The position numbers were made by a program, and so were the translations under genes. The notes beneath the pieces were generated by a model, which worked only from the letters and a program-made list of their open reading frames with translations, made no database searches and had not been told where the DNA came from. This document shows, piece after piece, positions 8,083-16,543 of a stretch of DNA of 47,546 bases. Position 1 is the first letter of the stretch. Every line of letters begins with the position of its first letter. This DNA is from Candidatus Micrarchaeota archaeon. GTDB lineage: Archaea > Micrarchaeota > Micrarchaeia > Norongarragalinales > Norongarragalinaceae. Location of the stretch: the NCBI GenBank assembly GCA_013360305.1, contig JABWCK010000004.1, forward strand, positions 1-47,546, in the 5' to 3' direction.

Positions 8083-10128
8083 TTACCATTTTGGTCGAGC
8101 GCTCTTGATGAAGCCCGGCTTTGGCTTGTACAATTCTCCCTGTCGGAGTAATTGGTCTATAGTCGTTTGAACGAATCCTTCATCCAAGCCAATTTCGACT
8201 CCCTTCTTTAAGACTTCTTCTAGCGGAACTAAATCGAATTGTTTCTCCAAGTCCTTGATTAAATTATTAACTTGTCTAATCTTGTCAATCTTGCTCTTTG
8301 ATTGTCCTAATAATACTACGTCAACGTCTAGTTTTCCAGTGTCTTTATCCATGAATACTTCCTTCAAAACGTAATCCTTCAACTTAATCGCAGTCTCAGC
8401 GTCTTCTAAACTAACCACGTTGCTTAATCTCAACTTAGCCGAAGCTTCAGCTAACCTAACTAATCCTTCCAAGTCACGAGGAGTAATAGGAAAAGTGTTA
8501 TCCTTTTCTCCTAAACGACGCAACTCGACGTAGTAGTCTTTAATTCTTTCAATAGCAGCGTCACTCAATAAGGGGAAAATGTTTCTTCGCGAGTAAGCAA
8601 TGTATTTGCGGACTATTTCTTCAGGAATTTCTGGAGCAACCGCTATAGTCAAGTCTGCAGGCGCTAGTTTTTCTCTCGAGTGCTTGTGGCCCATTAAAAT
8701 GTGTTCAGCCATTCCCCTATCTCGACTAGAGTCAAGAACGTCTTTCAATACGAAAATCAAGTCAAACCTGGAAAGCAAAGTAGGCATGATATCAAATTGC
8801 TGTGCTACTGGCGTATTCGGGTCAAAACGACCGAACTTTGGATTAGCTGCTGCTAAAACGCTAGTCTTAGTCTTGAATTTAGTAACGATTCCGGCTTTAG
8901 CGACTGAAACGCTTTGCTGCTCCATAGCCTCGTGAATTGAAGCACGGTCATTATCATCCATCTTGTCAAACTCGTCTATAGCAACCAACCCGCCAGATGC
9001 TAGAACCATTGCGCCTGCCTTCAACACCCAGCCCTCACCAGCCTTGTCTTTTTCGGCACTAGCGGTTAAACCAACACCTGAAGCTCCTCGCCCGGCAACG
9101 TAAATACACTTGGGTGCTAGTTCTTCAGTAAACTTCAAAATCCTAGACTTAGCGACACCAGGGTCTCCAATTAATAGCATGTGCATGTCGCTTCGAATTT
9201 TTTGGCCGTCGGGCAATATTTTTTCAGGCGTGCCGCCGAATAATTGCAAAGCGATTGCTTCCTTCAACATGTCGTAGCCGTAAATGCTGGGAGCAATGCT
9301 TTTAATGAATTGTTGTTTCAAATCCGGTTCTTTAGACAAGCGCAAGATTTCTTCTTCCTCTTCTGGACTGATTTTTATTTCCTCAAACTCTTTCTCGCTC
9401 TTTTTTATGTGCACGACATCCAAGACTTTAGAATAAACAGGACTCTTGCCTTTCCCGTATTCCTTGCGAGGCATTAACCTCAAAATACCAGTTAATACAA
9501 CGTTTTCTCCAGGCAAGACCACATTAGTCAAGTCATCCTCAAACCACAAGTCAACGTGAGCAGGAGTAGACGACCCAAGCACTCTTTCAATCAAGTCTTG
9601 CATTTGGCCATACTGCATGTTAACGAAGTCGCTTGACGATTCTAGTAATTTGAAGTCTTTTCTGCCACAACGACACAACTCGGGTTGGTTGACTACAGTC
9701 TTGTCAGGAATAGTCTTCATAGTAGTACCGCAGTGAATGCATTCCCACAAACTCACTTGCATTCTAGGCTTGATGTCAGTAACTAAGTTCACGACTCCCT
9801 GAACTTCAATTAACTTATTCAAGTGATCCGCACCCAAGTCTTTTACTAAGACGTCTGTTGAATTCTGCACTCCAAAAAACCTTACTTTAGCTTTCAAAGG
9901 TTTTCCATCAAACGTTTTTTGCTTGCTTAACGCTTCCTCGGCTGCTTTATTGAAAGAATCAGGCTTGTCTTCAACAGCTAAAGCTAGTTCGTGATTAAAC
10001 AATTCTAGTTCCTTCAAATCGACTTCCAAGCTAGAAATCTTTGAATTAGGAGCTTTCAACTCGCTTAAGGCAGACTGCATGCTGCTTGAATTAAAGAACT
10101 CGTCAAACTCTTGAACAAAATCGCTCAT
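8083..10128 (-). CDS. mcm: MCM replicative helicase
   Basis: 681 aa. Zinc motif CIHCG...CRCG, Walker A GDPGVAKS, Walker B IDEFDKM and arginine finger SRFDLIF. No intein-sized insertion. Confidence 0.9.
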   Translation of the reverse strand: MSDFVQEFDEFFNSSSMQSALSELKAPNSKISSLEVDLKELELFNHELALAVEDKPDSFNKAAEEALSKQKTFDGKPLKAKVRFFGVQNSTDVLVKDLGADHLNKLIEVQGVVNLVTDIKPRMQVSLWECIHCGTTMKTIPDKTVVNQPELCRCGRKDFKLLESSSDFVNMQYGQMQDLIERVLGSSTPAHVDLWFEDDLTNVVLPGENVVLTGILRLMPRKEYGKGKSPVYSKVLDVVHIKKSEKEFEEIKISPEEEEEILRLSKEPDLKQQFIKSIAPSIYGYDMLKEAIALQLFGGTPEKILPDGQKIRSDMHMLLIGDPGVAKSRILKFTEELAPKCIYVAGRGASGVGLTASAEKDKAGEGWVLKAGAMVLASGGLVAIDEFDKMDDNDRASIHEAMEQQSVSVAKAGIVTKFKTKTSVLAAANPKFGRFDPNTPVAQQFDIMPTLLSRFDLIFVLKDVLDSSRDRGMAEHILMGHKHSREKLAPADLTIAVAPEIPEEIVRKYIAYSRRNIFPLLSDAAIERIKDYYVELRRLGEKDNTFPITPRDLEGLVRLAEASAKLRLSNVVSLEDAETAIKLKDYVLKEVFMDKDTGKLDVDVVLLGQSKSKIDKIRQVNNLIKDLEKQFDLVPLEEVLKKGVEIGLDEGFVQTTIDQLLRQGELYKPKPGFIKSARPKW

Positions 10129-10211
10129 TTTTTACCACAAAAGAATTAACTATACTGGTCTGATGATTATTATATAGTTTTTCCGGAATACCGGAATAGA
10201 GGGGTGTTGTA

Positions 10212-10319
10212 GTGGAAGAATTAAAACAACTAAAAGCACTAGTCTGGTTAAACTTACTACTAACATCCATCTTACTATTTCTAGTAATAGGTTTTATAGC
10301 AAAAACACTGCGAATTTAA
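10212..10319 (+). CDS. possible 35-aa single-TM micro-protein
   Basis: GTG start 6 nt after GAGGGGTG. Reads MEELKQLKALVWLNLLLTSILLFLVIGFIAKTLRI. Too short to be in the ORF track; support is only SD plus TM-like composition. Confidence 0.25.
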   Translation: MEELKQLKALVWLNLLLTSILLFLVIGFIAKTLRI

Positions 10320-10350
10320 AAAAAAAATTAGAAGGAAAAATAGAAAGAAC

Positions 10351-10761
10351 TTAGTCTCCGCCTGAGATTTTAGTTAGCAAGCGTCGACCCATTACTTCCA
10401 TGTATTGGATTTCTTTTCCGACTTCCAACTCGGAACGCATGTCTTCAGGAATGTCGGTTTCGAATGTCTCAAAGCTTTCTAAATCCATTAATTGAGCAGT
10501 TTGACCAGAAATTGATACTACTTGACTCTTCTTGCGTACGAGAATTGGTATTTCGCAGTCTCCGTCACTAGACTTCATCAAGTTTCTCTTAGTTCCAGTA
10601 AATAAACCGACTGCTTGAACCATTACTTTAGCAGCGCCGTGTTTTCCTGGCTTGGCTTTATCTAAAGAAACGACTCTGCAAGGCTCGTCTTCAATAATAA
10701 CGTATTTACCTACTTTCAAGTCGCCCATTTGGCCAAAAATTTTTTCTCCTTCAAACGCCAT
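10351..10761 (-). CDS. eif5a: translation initiation factor aIF-5A
   Basis: Hypusine-loop motif KPGKHGAAKV. The start is moved to the ATG at 10761 (MAFEGEKIF...) because the 16 N-terminal residues in the track look non-native. Confidence 0.85.
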   Translation of the reverse strand: MAFEGEKIFGQMGDLKVGKYVIIEDEPCRVVSLDKAKPGKHGAAKVMVQAVGLFTGTKRNLMKSSDGDCEIPILVRKKSQVVSISGQTAQLMDLESFETFETDIPEDMRSELEVGKEIQYMEVMGRRLLTKISGGD

Positions 10762-10878
10762 ATAATACCACCTAACAAACGTAAAACTAAAGTCAATTAA
10801 AAGACTCAATTATTTGAGTCTTAAAACAATAAAAAGCTTTTCAGAAACCAAAATTAAGCAAGAAAACGTGTTAAACTA

Positions 10879-11628
10879 ATGAATTTTATTGATTCTCACT
10901 GTCACTTGCAGAGGGAAGAATTTACAGAAGACTTGCCTAGCGTTATTGAAAGAATGAGAGACAACAAAGTCAAAGCGTTAGTCGACTCTGGCGGGTTATA
11001 CGATCACTCTACCGTATTAAAAATCTGCGAAGCTTACTCAGACAAATTGTTTCCAGTCTTGGGAATCGATCCGTTCACGGCAAGCCAGCCTACTTACAAT
11101 CAAGAAAAGGAATTCGATTGGCTTGAAGAAAACGCTCCAAAAGCAATAGCAATAGGCGAAATCGGTTTGGACAGACACTATTTCAAAGACGAATTAACTT
11201 GGAAAAAACAAGAAGAAACACTAGAAAAACAACTAGAATTAGCCGAAAAACTAGACAAATGCGTTTTCTTGCATACACGCGACGCTGAAGAGCGAGTCCT
11301 AGAAATATTATCGAGCTATAATTGTCGGCGTGTTCTTCATTGTTTTTTTGTTCCAAAACTCGTAGAAAAAGCAATAGACGCTGACTGCGTCATTTCAGTT
11401 CCTACGTTGAAAAGCAAAGACAAAAAGAAAACAATCGAATTAACACCAATCGACAAGTTATTGTGCGAGACTGATTCGCCGTTTCTTTCACCTTTTCAAG
11501 GCAGAAACGAGCCTTCTTTCGTGATTGAAGCGTTTAAGGAAGTTTCTGTCTTAAAGAAAGAGGATTTAAGCGTTGTTGCTGAAACTATTAATGCCAATAT
11601 AACGAGAGTATTGGGTGTAGAATTATGA
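10879..11628 (+). CDS. TatD-family metal-dependent hydrolase/DNase
   Basis: 249 aa. IDSHCHL metal-binding start, GEIGLD, FLHTRDA and CETDSPFL motifs of the TatD family. Confidence 0.8.
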   Translation: MNFIDSHCHLQREEFTEDLPSVIERMRDNKVKALVDSGGLYDHSTVLKICEAYSDKLFPVLGIDPFTASQPTYNQEKEFDWLEENAPKAIAIGEIGLDRHYFKDELTWKKQEETLEKQLELAEKLDKCVFLHTRDAEERVLEILSSYNCRRVLHCFFVPKLVEKAIDADCVISVPTLKSKDKKKTIELTPIDKLLCETDSPFLSPFQGRNEPSFVIEAFKEVSVLKKEDLSVVAETINANITRVLGVEL

Positions 11629-12077
11629 AAATGCTGGATAAATTCAAGCAAGTATTCAAAAAAGACCAAAAAAACATTGCTTGCTTCGTTGACGGGCCGA
11701 ATGTTTTACGCAAGGAGTTAGGCGTAGACTTAAGCAAAATCAAGAAAAAACTCGAAAAATACGGAAAAATCAAGGTTGCTCGAGTATACTTAGACCAATT
11801 CGCTAGCGACAAGCTAATCGAAGCCGTCACTAATCAAGGATTCAACATAGTCATAGTTCCTTCAGACGTTGACGTAGCAATGAGTGTTGACGTTACTCAA
11901 TTCGTCTTCACTGAAACCATCGACATTATTGCTATTGTTTCAAGAGACTCTGACTTCAAGCCTGCTTTAAACAAAGCCAAAGAATTCGGCAAAGACACTA
12001 TAGTCGTCGGAATGCAGCCAGACTTCTCGACTGCACTAAAGAATACAGCCGACGTCGTCATTGACTTGAAGGAATAA
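11625..12077 (+). CDS. NYN/LabA-like (TIGR00288-type) nuclease-domain protein
   Basis: 150 aa. NIACFVDGPNV at the N-terminus, VPSDVDVAMSVD and IVSRDSDF acidic motifs typical of NYN/LabA domains. ATGA overlap with tatD. Confidence 0.6.
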   Translation: MKMLDKFKQVFKKDQKNIACFVDGPNVLRKELGVDLSKIKKKLEKYGKIKVARVYLDQFASDKLIEAVTNQGFNIVIVPSDVDVAMSVDVTQFVFTETIDIIAIVSRDSDFKPALNKAKEFGKDTIVVGMQPDFSTALKNTADVVIDLKE

Positions 12078-12121
12078 AAAAGGTTCAGGTTTTAAAGCTT
12101 GAAGCGAGTAATGATTACCAA

Positions 12122-12670
12122 ATGAATCTTCCCAGAGGAAAGCCGTTAAAGCAAGGAATTGACTTAGCAACAGTTAACTTCAAGTCTTTAGTCAAGGAAA
12201 TCAAGTCCAAAAACATTACTGGCTATCTAGCGATTGCTTTGAAAGGAAACGGCGGCATAGAGGAAGGAACGATTATTTTCGACAACGGCAAAATCGTTGG
12301 ATGCGCTTACGAGTACTACAAGCATGAAAAAACATTCATGGGAAAAGAAGCCTTCCCCCGAGTGCTAAACGCGATTGCAGCCAAACAAGGAGTAATTGAT
12401 GTTTACACTCTAGAACTAGAACAAGTACACTTGATTTTCGTTGTCAATGAGGGAATGATTTTCACTCCTGAAGAAAACGCGATCGAAAAAATCAAAGTCG
12501 AATCATTCTCGCCTTTATTCGAGGAAGAATTAAAAAACACGGCGCAGAAAAAAACTAAAGAAGACGTATTGTCTAAGTATAAAATGGGAGAAATAGGCGT
12601 TACCACCAAGAAGGAAGACGTCTTCGCTAAAATAAGTAAAAATATTGAAAAGGATGCAACTCAAAAATGA
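12122..12670 (+). CDS. DUF4388/PATAN-like domain protein
   Basis: 182 aa. ITGYLAIALKGNGGIEEGTIIFDNGKIVGCAY...GKEAF resembles the DUF4388 pattern (tG.L......G.i.f.nG.iv.A...G.eA). ATGA overlap with the downstream MinD gene. Confidence 0.35.
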   Translation: MNLPRGKPLKQGIDLATVNFKSLVKEIKSKNITGYLAIALKGNGGIEEGTIIFDNGKIVGCAYEYYKHEKTFMGKEAFPRVLNAIAAKQGVIDVYTLELEQVHLIFVVNEGMIFTPEENAIEKIKVESFSPLFEEELKNTAQKKTKEDVLSKYKMGEIGVTTKKEDVFAKISKNIEKDATQK

Positions 12671-13458
12671 CTTCAATCGTTTTAGCCTCAGGTAAAGGAG
12701 GCGTTGGAAAAAGCACTATTACTCTAAACTTAGGACTAGTCCTAGCAATGGCTGGAAAAAAAGTCACAGTAGTAGACGCAGACATCGCCATGGCCAACTT
12801 GGGATTAATGCTCGGAATAGACCGAGCACCGATTACATTGCACAACGTGTTAAGCGGAGAAAACGACGTGTTGGACGCAGTATACGAAGGACCAAACAAT
12901 TTAAGATACGTTCCAGCCGGACTATCATTAGACAAAGTTGAAAACGTCGACCACGCTCGATTAAAAAACGCCGTTAAAACTCTAGACACTAAAAACGATT
13001 TCGTAATAGTTGATTCACCGCCCGGATTGGGTGACGATGCTTTAGCTGCTATCGAGTGCGCAAGTGAAATGATTTTAATAGTTACACAAGAACCTTCTTC
13101 TTTAGCAGACGTATTGAAAGTCAAGGGACTCGCTGAAAAAAGAGGAATCAAAATCAGAGGATTAATCATTAATCGCAGCTTGAACGACAAGTCAGAAGTA
13201 TCAGTTCAAGACATTGAAACAGCAATGAATTTACCAGTACTAGTAATCATTCCTGAAGACATTGAAGTCCGCAGAAGCGGAGCATTGCAAGTACCAGTCG
13301 TTGTTCGCGCTCACAATTCTCCATTCTCTAAGTCAATGGTTAAACTCGCAGCGTTATTGTTAGGACAAAAAATTGATTCCAACCCAACGCAAAAAAGACC
13401 AGGCTTGTTCGCGGGAATATCTGCATTCTTTGCTCGCTTATTCAGCAAGAAACAATAA
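12667..13458 (+). CDS. minD: MinD/ParA-family P-loop ATPase (archaeal MinD type)
   Basis: Deviant Walker A ASGKGGVGKST, DADIAMANL switch region and VIVDSPPG Walker B. Confidence 0.8.
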   Translation: MTSIVLASGKGGVGKSTITLNLGLVLAMAGKKVTVVDADIAMANLGLMLGIDRAPITLHNVLSGENDVLDAVYEGPNNLRYVPAGLSLDKVENVDHARLKNAVKTLDTKNDFVIVDSPPGLGDDALAAIECASEMILIVTQEPSSLADVLKVKGLAEKRGIKIRGLIINRSLNDKSEVSVQDIETAMNLPVLVIIPEDIEVRRSGALQVPVVVRAHNSPFSKSMVKLAALLLGQKIDSNPTQKRPGLFAGISAFFARLFSKKQ

Positions 13459-13518
13459 AGCTTATTATACTGAATGCAATTATTTCTTTTTGAATTTTTT
13501 TTGGGAGGATTGATTTTT

Positions 13519-13743
13519 TTGAGCGAAAAGAGACCATTCGATTTATTGAACGCGGCGTTAAACAACCCAGTATTAATCAAGCTTAAAGGAAGCGTTGAAA
13601 TCCGCGGTACTCTAAACAGCTTCGACGTTCACATGAACCTAGTTTTAGACAATGCTGAAGAACTAGAAAACGGAGACTTGAAGAGAAAGCTAGGATCAAT
13701 CTTCTTGAGAGGAGACACAGTCGTCTTCATCTCACCAGCTTAA
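13519..13743 (+). CDS. Sm-like archaeal protein (SmAP/LSm)
   Basis: Sm1/Sm2 fold signature: [32 protein letters not shown] ... [16 protein letters not shown] start at 13519 lies 9 nt after GGGAGGA. The track ATG at 13474 would add a hydrophobic, non-Sm 15-aa extension. Confidence 0.75.
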   Translation: MSEKRPFDLLNAALNNPVLIKLKGSVEIRGTLNSFDVHMNLVLDNAEELENGDLKRKLGSIFLRGDTVVFISPA

Positions 13744-13820
13744 TTCTTTCTTCCTATTCTAATTTTATAAGCTTAGTTAACTAAATCTTATTCTAAAAAA
13801 AAACAAGCGAGTTACTACAA

Positions 13821-14903
13821 ATGGGTATTAGTGAAAAGATTGCTGAAATAGAAGCAGAAATGGAAAAAACCCAGAAGCACAAGGGTACTGAACACCATTT
13901 GGGAATGCTTAAAGCCAAGCTAGCGAAGCTTCGCGAACAAGCCGAATCCGGAAGCGGACGCAAAGGACCAAGCAAGGGATTCGACGTAAAAAAATCAGGA
14001 AACGCGACTATAGTATTCATTGGATTGCCCTCAGTAGGAAAATCCACTATGTTAAACGCGTTAACTGGAGCGGGTTCTAAAACAGCGGCTTATGCTTTTA
14101 CTACTTTGACAGTAGTGCCAGGCATTTTACATTACAAAGGAGCGCAATTGCAATTGCTAGACTTGCCGGGAATCATTCGAGGAGCATCAAAAGGCGTTGG
14201 TAGAGGAAAAGAAGTTTTAGCAGTTGCTAGGAATTCAGACTTGATCTTGCTAGTAGTAGACGTGAAAGACCCTGGATACGTTAACAAATTGATTGACGAA
14301 TTGGGAGAAATAGGAATTCGAGTAGACCAAAAACCACCCAACATCGTAATCGAACGCACTGAATCGGGCGGAATAGAAGTAAATTATTCAGTCAAACCAA
14401 CTCACTTGAATGACAAGCTAGTAGCTTCAGTATTAGGCGAATACGGAATTTTCAGCGCGATAGTAAACATTCGCGAAGACGCTACGGTTGAGCGATTGAT
14501 CGACGCATTGCTTGGAAACAGGCGTTTTATTCCATCCTTGCGAGTATTAAACAAAATAGACTTAGCAAAAAAAGAAGACTTAAAAAAACTCGATAAAGAC
14601 TTCGTGAAAATCTCGGCAGAAAAAAACATAGGCATTGAAGAATTAAAACAAGCAATTTACGACAAGCTTGGATTGATTAGAATATTCACTCGCAGCAAGT
14701 TCGAAAAAGCAGACATGGATGCGCCGTTAATGATGCGCCGCAACGCGACAGTAGCAGACTTGTGCGATTTAGTACACCGAGAATTAAAGAAAGAATTCAA
14801 GTTCGCAGAAGTATGGGGCAAATCAGCAAAACACCCCGGCCAAAAAGTCGGCTTGCACCACAAGCTTCAAGACGGCGACGTCGTCTACATACACAAAAAA
14901 TAA
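13821..14903 (+). CDS. developmentally regulated GTP-binding protein (DRG/Rbg, OBG family) with C-terminal TGS domain
   Basis: G1 GLPSVGKST, G2 FTTL, G3 DLPG, G4 NKID. C-terminal TGS-like VGLHHKLQDGDVVYI. Confidence 0.85.
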   Translation: MGISEKIAEIEAEMEKTQKHKGTEHHLGMLKAKLAKLREQAESGSGRKGPSKGFDVKKSGNATIVFIGLPSVGKSTMLNALTGAGSKTAAYAFTTLTVVPGILHYKGAQLQLLDLPGIIRGASKGVGRGKEVLAVARNSDLILLVVDVKDPGYVNKLIDELGEIGIRVDQKPPNIVIERTESGGIEVNYSVKPTHLNDKLVASVLGEYGIFSAIVNIREDATVERLIDALLGNRRFIPSLRVLNKIDLAKKEDLKKLDKDFVKISAEKNIGIEELKQAIYDKLGLIRIFTRSKFEKADMDAPLMMRRNATVADLCDLVHRELKKEFKFAEVWGKSAKHPGQKVGLHHKLQDGDVVYIHKK

Positions 14904-14905
14904 TT

Positions 14906-16053
14906 TTATTTGTTGGCGCGAATTTCTACCGCGTCGCGATTCTTCAAGACGTGATCTTTACCTATTTGCAGCCTAGTTTTCACGTCAACGGCTGCAATAA
15001 AATTAGTACCAAAATCAGTATGCAGCTTGAAAGCAAAATCCAACGCTGTAGTGCCAGGAGGCATTAAGAAACAATCAGGCAACACTCGACCCTGCGAGTC
15101 AGTTAAAGTCTTAGTACCAGCAGGGTAAATCGCTACGTAACCAAGCACGTTGAAGACTGCTTCTTCTAGAACGCTTTGAACACCAGTCGAACCCAACTTA
15201 TTCAAAACAGAGTCCTTAATGTAAGTTAATGCTTTAGATTGTTCTGGGCTTAATTCCTTTAATTCCTTAAAATCAGGATTTCCAGCATAATACTCGATTA
15301 AACCATTCTTTGCGGCTTTCTTTAAAGTCAATTCAGCAACAGCAGAACAAGCAATAATCTTCAAGCCAGGAAATTTTTCTCTTAATTTCTTTAAATTATT
15401 CTCAGCAGAAGGCAAATCAGCCTTGTTAGCAGCAACAACAATAGGCTTGCTTAAAGAACGTAAAAGCTTTGCAAAACTCAGCATTTCATCTTCAGTCCAC
15501 TCGCTTAATTTTTTTTCACCCAAACCAAGCTTGTCTAAACCAATAGAAATACTCTTAGCAGTAACACCAATACCACTCAAGTTTTGACTCATTGCTTCAA
15601 TCTTCTTGTTTTTAGACTCGAAAGGCATTCTTGCGAATTTAGACCAATTCTTCTTGACAACACCAAAATACCACAAGTCAACTTCCTTCTCTAAAAACTC
15701 GACATCTAAACAAGGATCGTGACTTCCAGCAGAAACCATTTCCCCCTTCTCATTAGTACTTCCACTCGCATCAACTACGTGCACGAGCACATCAGCCTGC
15801 CGCAAGTCATCCAAGAATTGGTTACCCATTCCCACGCCTTCACGTGGTTAACGCAAAAACCAGTGCGAGGATTGCATTGAGTCTTGAAATCCAAACACGA
15901 ACACGGCTTTACTCGAACAAAACCAACACCCTTGTTAGGCTCAATAGTAGTAAACGGATAACTAGCTATAGCTACATCTACCAACGTAGCAGCAGAAAAC
16001 AAAGTACTCTTTCCAGCCGAAGGCTTACCAACAAATCCAATTTGCAAAACCAA
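14906..16053 (-). pseudogene. YchF/OBG-like TGS-domain GTPase, disrupted by an internal deletion plus frameshift
   Basis: The N-terminal piece (TTG 16053; GKPSAGKST, FTTIEPN, ...CNPRTGFCVN) and the C-terminal piece (PREGVGMGNQFLDDLRQADVLVHVVDASG ... TGS-like end) are in different frames. They meet at about 15843-15856. The segment that normally carries the G3 DxxG box between them is absent. Confidence 0.6.
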
Positions 16054-16062
16054 AACACCCTG

Positions 16063-16374
16063 CTATTCATAACGCCTTAAAACTAAACCCGTAGCGCCAA
16101 AACCGCCAACTAAAATTCCTGTTTCTCCCTTACTCGAGGAAGCATGATTTTCAAAAGGCAAGTGGTTCTTAAAGTGAGCAATCAACGCAGTCAATTCTGA
16201 ACTCTTTAAAGTCCTAGAAAAAGGAATACTAATTCCTTCAACACCAATACCATCCTTCAAAGAAATAGGTTTTTTCAACAACGAATGCAAACCAGGATTT
16301 AACTCCAGTAAAGAAGTTAAAGCATGACTAGCAAAACGAGGCAAAACTTTTTCAACAACTCTAGTTTTTGGCAT
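16063..16374 (-). CDS. hypothetical protein; possibly an N-terminally truncated, degenerate trimeric dUTPase
   Basis: 103 aa. The C-terminal GGFGATG resembles dUTPase motif 5 (GGFGSTG). LPRFAS sits about 78 aa upstream, the normal motif 2-to-5 spacing. Motif 1 is absent and motif 3 is not recognisable. Confidence 0.3.
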   Translation of the reverse strand: MPKTRVVEKVLPRFASHALTSLLELNPGLHSLLKKPISLKDGIGVEGISIPFSRTLKSSELTALIAHFKNHLPFENHASSSKGETGILVGGFGATGLVLRRYE

Positions 16375-16399
16375 ACGAATAAATTCAAAACGCTTAAAA

Positions 16400-16422
16400 T
16401 GAACCCGCGGAGAATTACAACC
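16400..16422 (-). pseudogene. tRNA-Val 3'-end duplicate (tRNA remnant)
   Basis: Minus strand reads GGTTGTAATTCTCCGCGGGTTCA. The 13-nt core AATTCTCCGCGGG is identical to the T-arm/acceptor 3' end of tRNA-Val 71 nt away. It is preceded by its own copy of the promoter module. Confidence 0.5.
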
Positions 16423-16452
16423 AAACTTTTTTACTAAAAAGTTTGATCAAAA
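16423..16452 (-). promoter_or_regulatory. palindromic A/T promoter-like module (copy 2)
   Basis: Minus strand reads TTGATCAAA-CTTTTTAGTAAAAAAG-TTT followed by GG of the tRNA remnant. The AAAAGTTTGATCAAA flank is identical to copy 3. Confidence 0.5.
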
Positions 16453-16470
16453 ACCCAACAAGTGGGCAAG

Positions 16471-16543
16471 TGGGCCCGCGGAGAATTGAACTCCGGATTT
16501 CTTCGGTGTAAACGAAGCGTCTTAACCACTCGACTACGAGCCC
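16471..16543 (-). tRNA. tRNA-Val (anticodon UAC)
   Basis: 73 nt, folded by hand. Acceptor GGGCUCG/CGGGCCC, anticodon stem CUUCG/CGAAG with loop UUUACAC, T-arm CGGAG-UUCAAUU-CUCCG, discriminator A. No intron and no encoded CCA. Confidence 0.9.

Noticed and set aside
8083-10128. Possible intein or insertion in MCM
   Set aside because: At 681 aa the protein has standard MCM length, with contiguous Walker A, Walker B and arginine-finger spacing. No Cys/Ser...HN intein boundaries were seen.
15843-15856. Programmed frameshift or intron as the explanation for the split YchF-like gene
   Set aside because: There is no slippery heptamer at the junction. A conserved roughly 17-20-aa segment (G3 box) is missing rather than merely shifted. 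Protein-coding introns are not expected in archaea. A deletion or an assembly error is the simpler explanation.
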